A DNA stretch of 64,000 bases from NCBI GenBank assembly GCA_043228905.1, contig JBHGNT010000020.1, forward strand, positions 3,720,001 through 3,784,000, written 5' to 3'. Positions 60,785 to 64,000 of the stretch are shown here, piece by piece; position 1 is the stretch's first letter, and each line of letters starts with the position of its first letter. The DNA is from Azolla caroliniana. Its lineage: Eukaryota > Plantae > Polypodiophyta. The position numbers and the translations under genes were made by a program. The notes under the pieces are model-generated. The model was not told the DNA's origin. It saw only the letters and a list, made by a program, of their open reading frames with translations, and did not search any database.

Positions 60785-63700
60785 TGTTGAGAGACAAGCT
60801 CAACATCGGTTGGATCGGCTGAAGAAGCCGAGGACCGGATCGGTTGGGACCGATCGGTTAGGCCGGGTGCGTAAACCGGGAGGTCGTTAGGAAAAATATT
60901 CCGTGAGGAATATATTTGGGAGTTAGTGTAGGGGCTCTTGATGAGCATTGAAGTACTGTCAGTACTTCGGTCAGTCCTTTTAGGACTTGTATAAAAGTGC
61001 TCACTGAGCACGTCTTTTGTACAGACTGAGTAATATTATTGAATATAGTTTTTCTGCTTTCTCTCTCTCTGTCTCTCCTGCGTATACCATGTAAGCCCAA
61101 GCTCTCCATTGAACCTGAGTTTACTCCCTTCTGTTCGGTCTTCATACTTGCTTCCGCACGTTATTTTCTACATGGTATCAGAGCACGAGGGTTGAGAACC
61201 TCTCTACAGCCGACACAGCTTGACGAAGAAGAACAAGAAGAACGATGGATCGAGGAATGGCGAGCTCGCTTCCAACAGAGAAGCTCGACAAAACCAACTA
61301 CGCGTCTTAGTCCTACAAGATGCACCAGTACCTGCTCGGACACGACTACTGGAGTTATGTCGAAGGAGCTAATGACGCGGCACCCGAATCGACACACAGA
61401 CACTTCCCGTCGTAGGAGCAATCGGCGAGCAGGGTATTGTACTGCTTCGCATCGTGTGTGAGCGAACAACTATTGAGCTATGTTCGGGATGCAAAGACGC
61501 CGAAGGGTGTGTGGGAAAATCTGAAGAAGATTTTTGCCGCGAGCACCACAGCCAAGAAGCTTCAGCTCCGACAGGAGTTGACCAACCTACGACAACGCGA
61601 CTTGTTGGTGGCGGACTATACCTCAAAGATCAAGGATATCTGCGACTCCCTCGCCTCCATAGAGCTGAACATCGAGGAGAGCGAGATGGTCCAGATCTGT
61701 CTCGAAGCTTTGGCGTCAAAGTTCGGAGCGTTCCGAACGGTTGTGTGTACCCGGGAGAATACGCCGTCCTTTTTCGACTTACAGTCGATGCTCCTGGTAG
61801 AGGAGAACCACGCGGGTGCGTCTACAAGCACGCACACCGACAGCAGAATGCTGTACACGGAGGGAGATAGGCCCCGTGGACGTGGACGACGAGGCGAGTC
61901 GGCACACAATGGAGGCGGCCGACAAGATCAAGAAAGAAGGCACCGAAGTGATGCCGACAGCAACTCCGGACCCTCCGGAAACAAGGGGAGTCGAAGCGAT
62001 GAGAACTGGCAAGGGAAGTCCATCGCGGAGTGCTGGTGTTGTGGCAAGAAAGGCCACAAGGAAAGTGAGTGCTGGAAGAAGCGCGCCGATTCGGAGAGAA
62101 CTGGTTCCGGGAACGGCTCCAGACATACCGACAAGGGAAATCGGCAGCGATCACACTACGCCAAAGACTCCGGGAGAGCCGGAGAAGGGACTGCCTTCGT
62201 GACGAGACACGAAGCAAACTCAATGAAGCAGACCACCCCGAGATCGGACGAGGTGTGGTACGTAGCCTTCGGCGCATCAAACCACATGACGAGCCATAAG
62301 GAGTGGTTCTCGTACCTTGAAAAACCGATACAACCTGGAGTAGTCGCAACTCGAGACGACACTCCGCATCCGATCGTGAATGTCGGAGAAGTTCCCCTTA
62401 GCCATGTCGGGCAGAAAGGGAAACTCATGAACGTGTTGCACGTTCCGACAATCACGAAAAACTTGGTCTCGGTCGGACAGATCGTCGACCAAGGAATGGA
62501 GGGTCGGTTTACACACCTCGGGTGCTTCATTGAGGAAGAAGGCCGTGTGATTGCGCAAGGGCGCAGAGACGGGAGGATATATTCGGATTGCCCAAATTTA
62601 GTGGCCGAAAGGCACAAATTTGTGAAGCCTGCCAGCTCGAGAAGCAACACCAACTTCCTTTCCCCAACGAGCGAAAACGGAGCCGGAATAAGCTCGACCT
62701 TATACACTCTGATGTATGGGGGCCGGCACAAAACGTTAGTCTTGGCGGGAGCCGATATTTCGTCTCCTTCATCGACGACAACACGCGGCACACGTGGATC
62801 TACCTCATTGAGAGGAAGAGCGAAGTCTTCGACTGTTTCAGGGACCTCAAAGGGTTCGTGGAAACGGAAACAGGACGAAAGATCAAGTGTTTGCGGTCGG
62901 ATGGCGGGAAAGATTACTTTTCCGGTCAATTCAACAGTTATCTACAACAAATGGGAATTCGGCGCGACTTCAGTTGTAGATACACGCCAAAGCAGAACGG
63001 CGTGGCCGAGAGGAAGAACCGGTCGATTGTGGAAGCGGCACGGGCAATGCTGGAGGAGAAGAGCTTGCCCAAGTTCTACTGGGCTGAGGCGGTAAGGACC
63101 GCGGTATACATCCAGAACCGGATCGGAGACAAAGTGTCAGCGCACGAGCTATATTTCGGAACGAAGCCGAACTTACGACAGTTGAGGGTGTTCGGTAGCA
63201 TTGCGTATGTGCATATACCGAAGGATAAAAGGAGGAAGGTGGACGCAAAGGCCGAGAAGTGCATCTTGGTCGGTTACTCGGACGAGCAGAAGGGTTATAA
63301 GTGCTATAACCCTCGCACCAAACAAGCGCGCGTTAGCTGTGACGTTGTGTTTGACGAGTCCGCGTCCAATCCGTGTTCTGACGATGATTTCAGCGAGGCC
63401 GACATGCCTCCGGATGAGCCCGAAATCGAGACCCGCAAAGAGAGTCCGATTTCACTCCGTTTAAGTGGACCGATTGGACGACTGAGTCGGTACGACCAGT
63501 CCGATGAAGAGCCGGCGAGTAGTGGAGACTCGGTCGTGCATTCCCCGCGCAGGAAGCCGAGGAGACGGCTTACGCGCAAAGAAAAAGGGAAGAAGAAGGT
63601 GACGGATTCCGGCACGGAAAGGAACGAGTCAGACCGACGCGAGTCCGACTCTGAGGGAACCAGTGACGGGTCTTTAATGGTGAAGACGATGTCGACCGAG

Positions 63701-64000
63701 AAGGCCTCGACATTGGCTAATGTGAGATTACGCCGATCTACCCGCCAGAAGAACCCAGTTGTGCGGTTCGGATACAACGAGTACATGGCGCATCATTATG
63801 CGTACATGACCCGTGTAGCGGAAATGCGTGAGCCGGAGAGCTACGCAGAAGCGGCGAAGGACGCGAATTGGCGCGCCACGATGGAGGAAGAGATGCACGC
63901 ATTGGCGGAGAACGAGACCTGGGACCTGGTTGACGCACTGAAGGGTGTGAAGCCGATCGGGTGTAGATGGGTGTACAAGGTCAAGTACAACACCAATGGC
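60785..64000 (+). mobile_element. Ty1/copia I (family of A), inserted in D integrase, runs off the window
   Basis: LTR 60785-61172, PBS TGGTATCAGAGC 61173-61184, gag/PR/IN/RT start collinear with A; internal deletion near 62580. Confidence 0.92.

Overview
The window is a eukaryotic, almost entirely transposon-derived block with no recognisable host gene. The element mix suggests a seed-free land plant such as a fern or lycophyte (inference). It is a nest of LTR retrotransposons up to six layers deep: Copia > Gypsy D > Gypsy F > Copia E > Gypsy C > Penelope-like element (PLE). Further insertions are Gypsy G and a Tcn1-like chromovirus H inside F, Copia I inside D, several degenerate Copia copies and three solo LTRs. 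LTR ends, target-site duplications (TSDs), primer-binding sites (PBS) and polypurine tracts (PPT) were read directly from the sequence. Three things stand out. (1) Two diverged non-chromovirus Gypsy relatives (C, D) have no PPT. Both instead carry a covarying, tRNA-Arg-like hairpin ending in CCA exactly 2 nt before the 3' LTR, suggesting non-canonical priming. (2) An endonuclease-less PLE has an internal hammerhead ribozyme, a predicted -1 frameshift, circularly permuted ends and a 668-bp target duplication. (3) A tRNA-Trp-primed Gypsy family (F/G) makes 4-bp TSDs at CpG-rich sites and frameshifts after the protease. All coordinates and mismatch counts were made by eye, and novelty could not be checked against databases.
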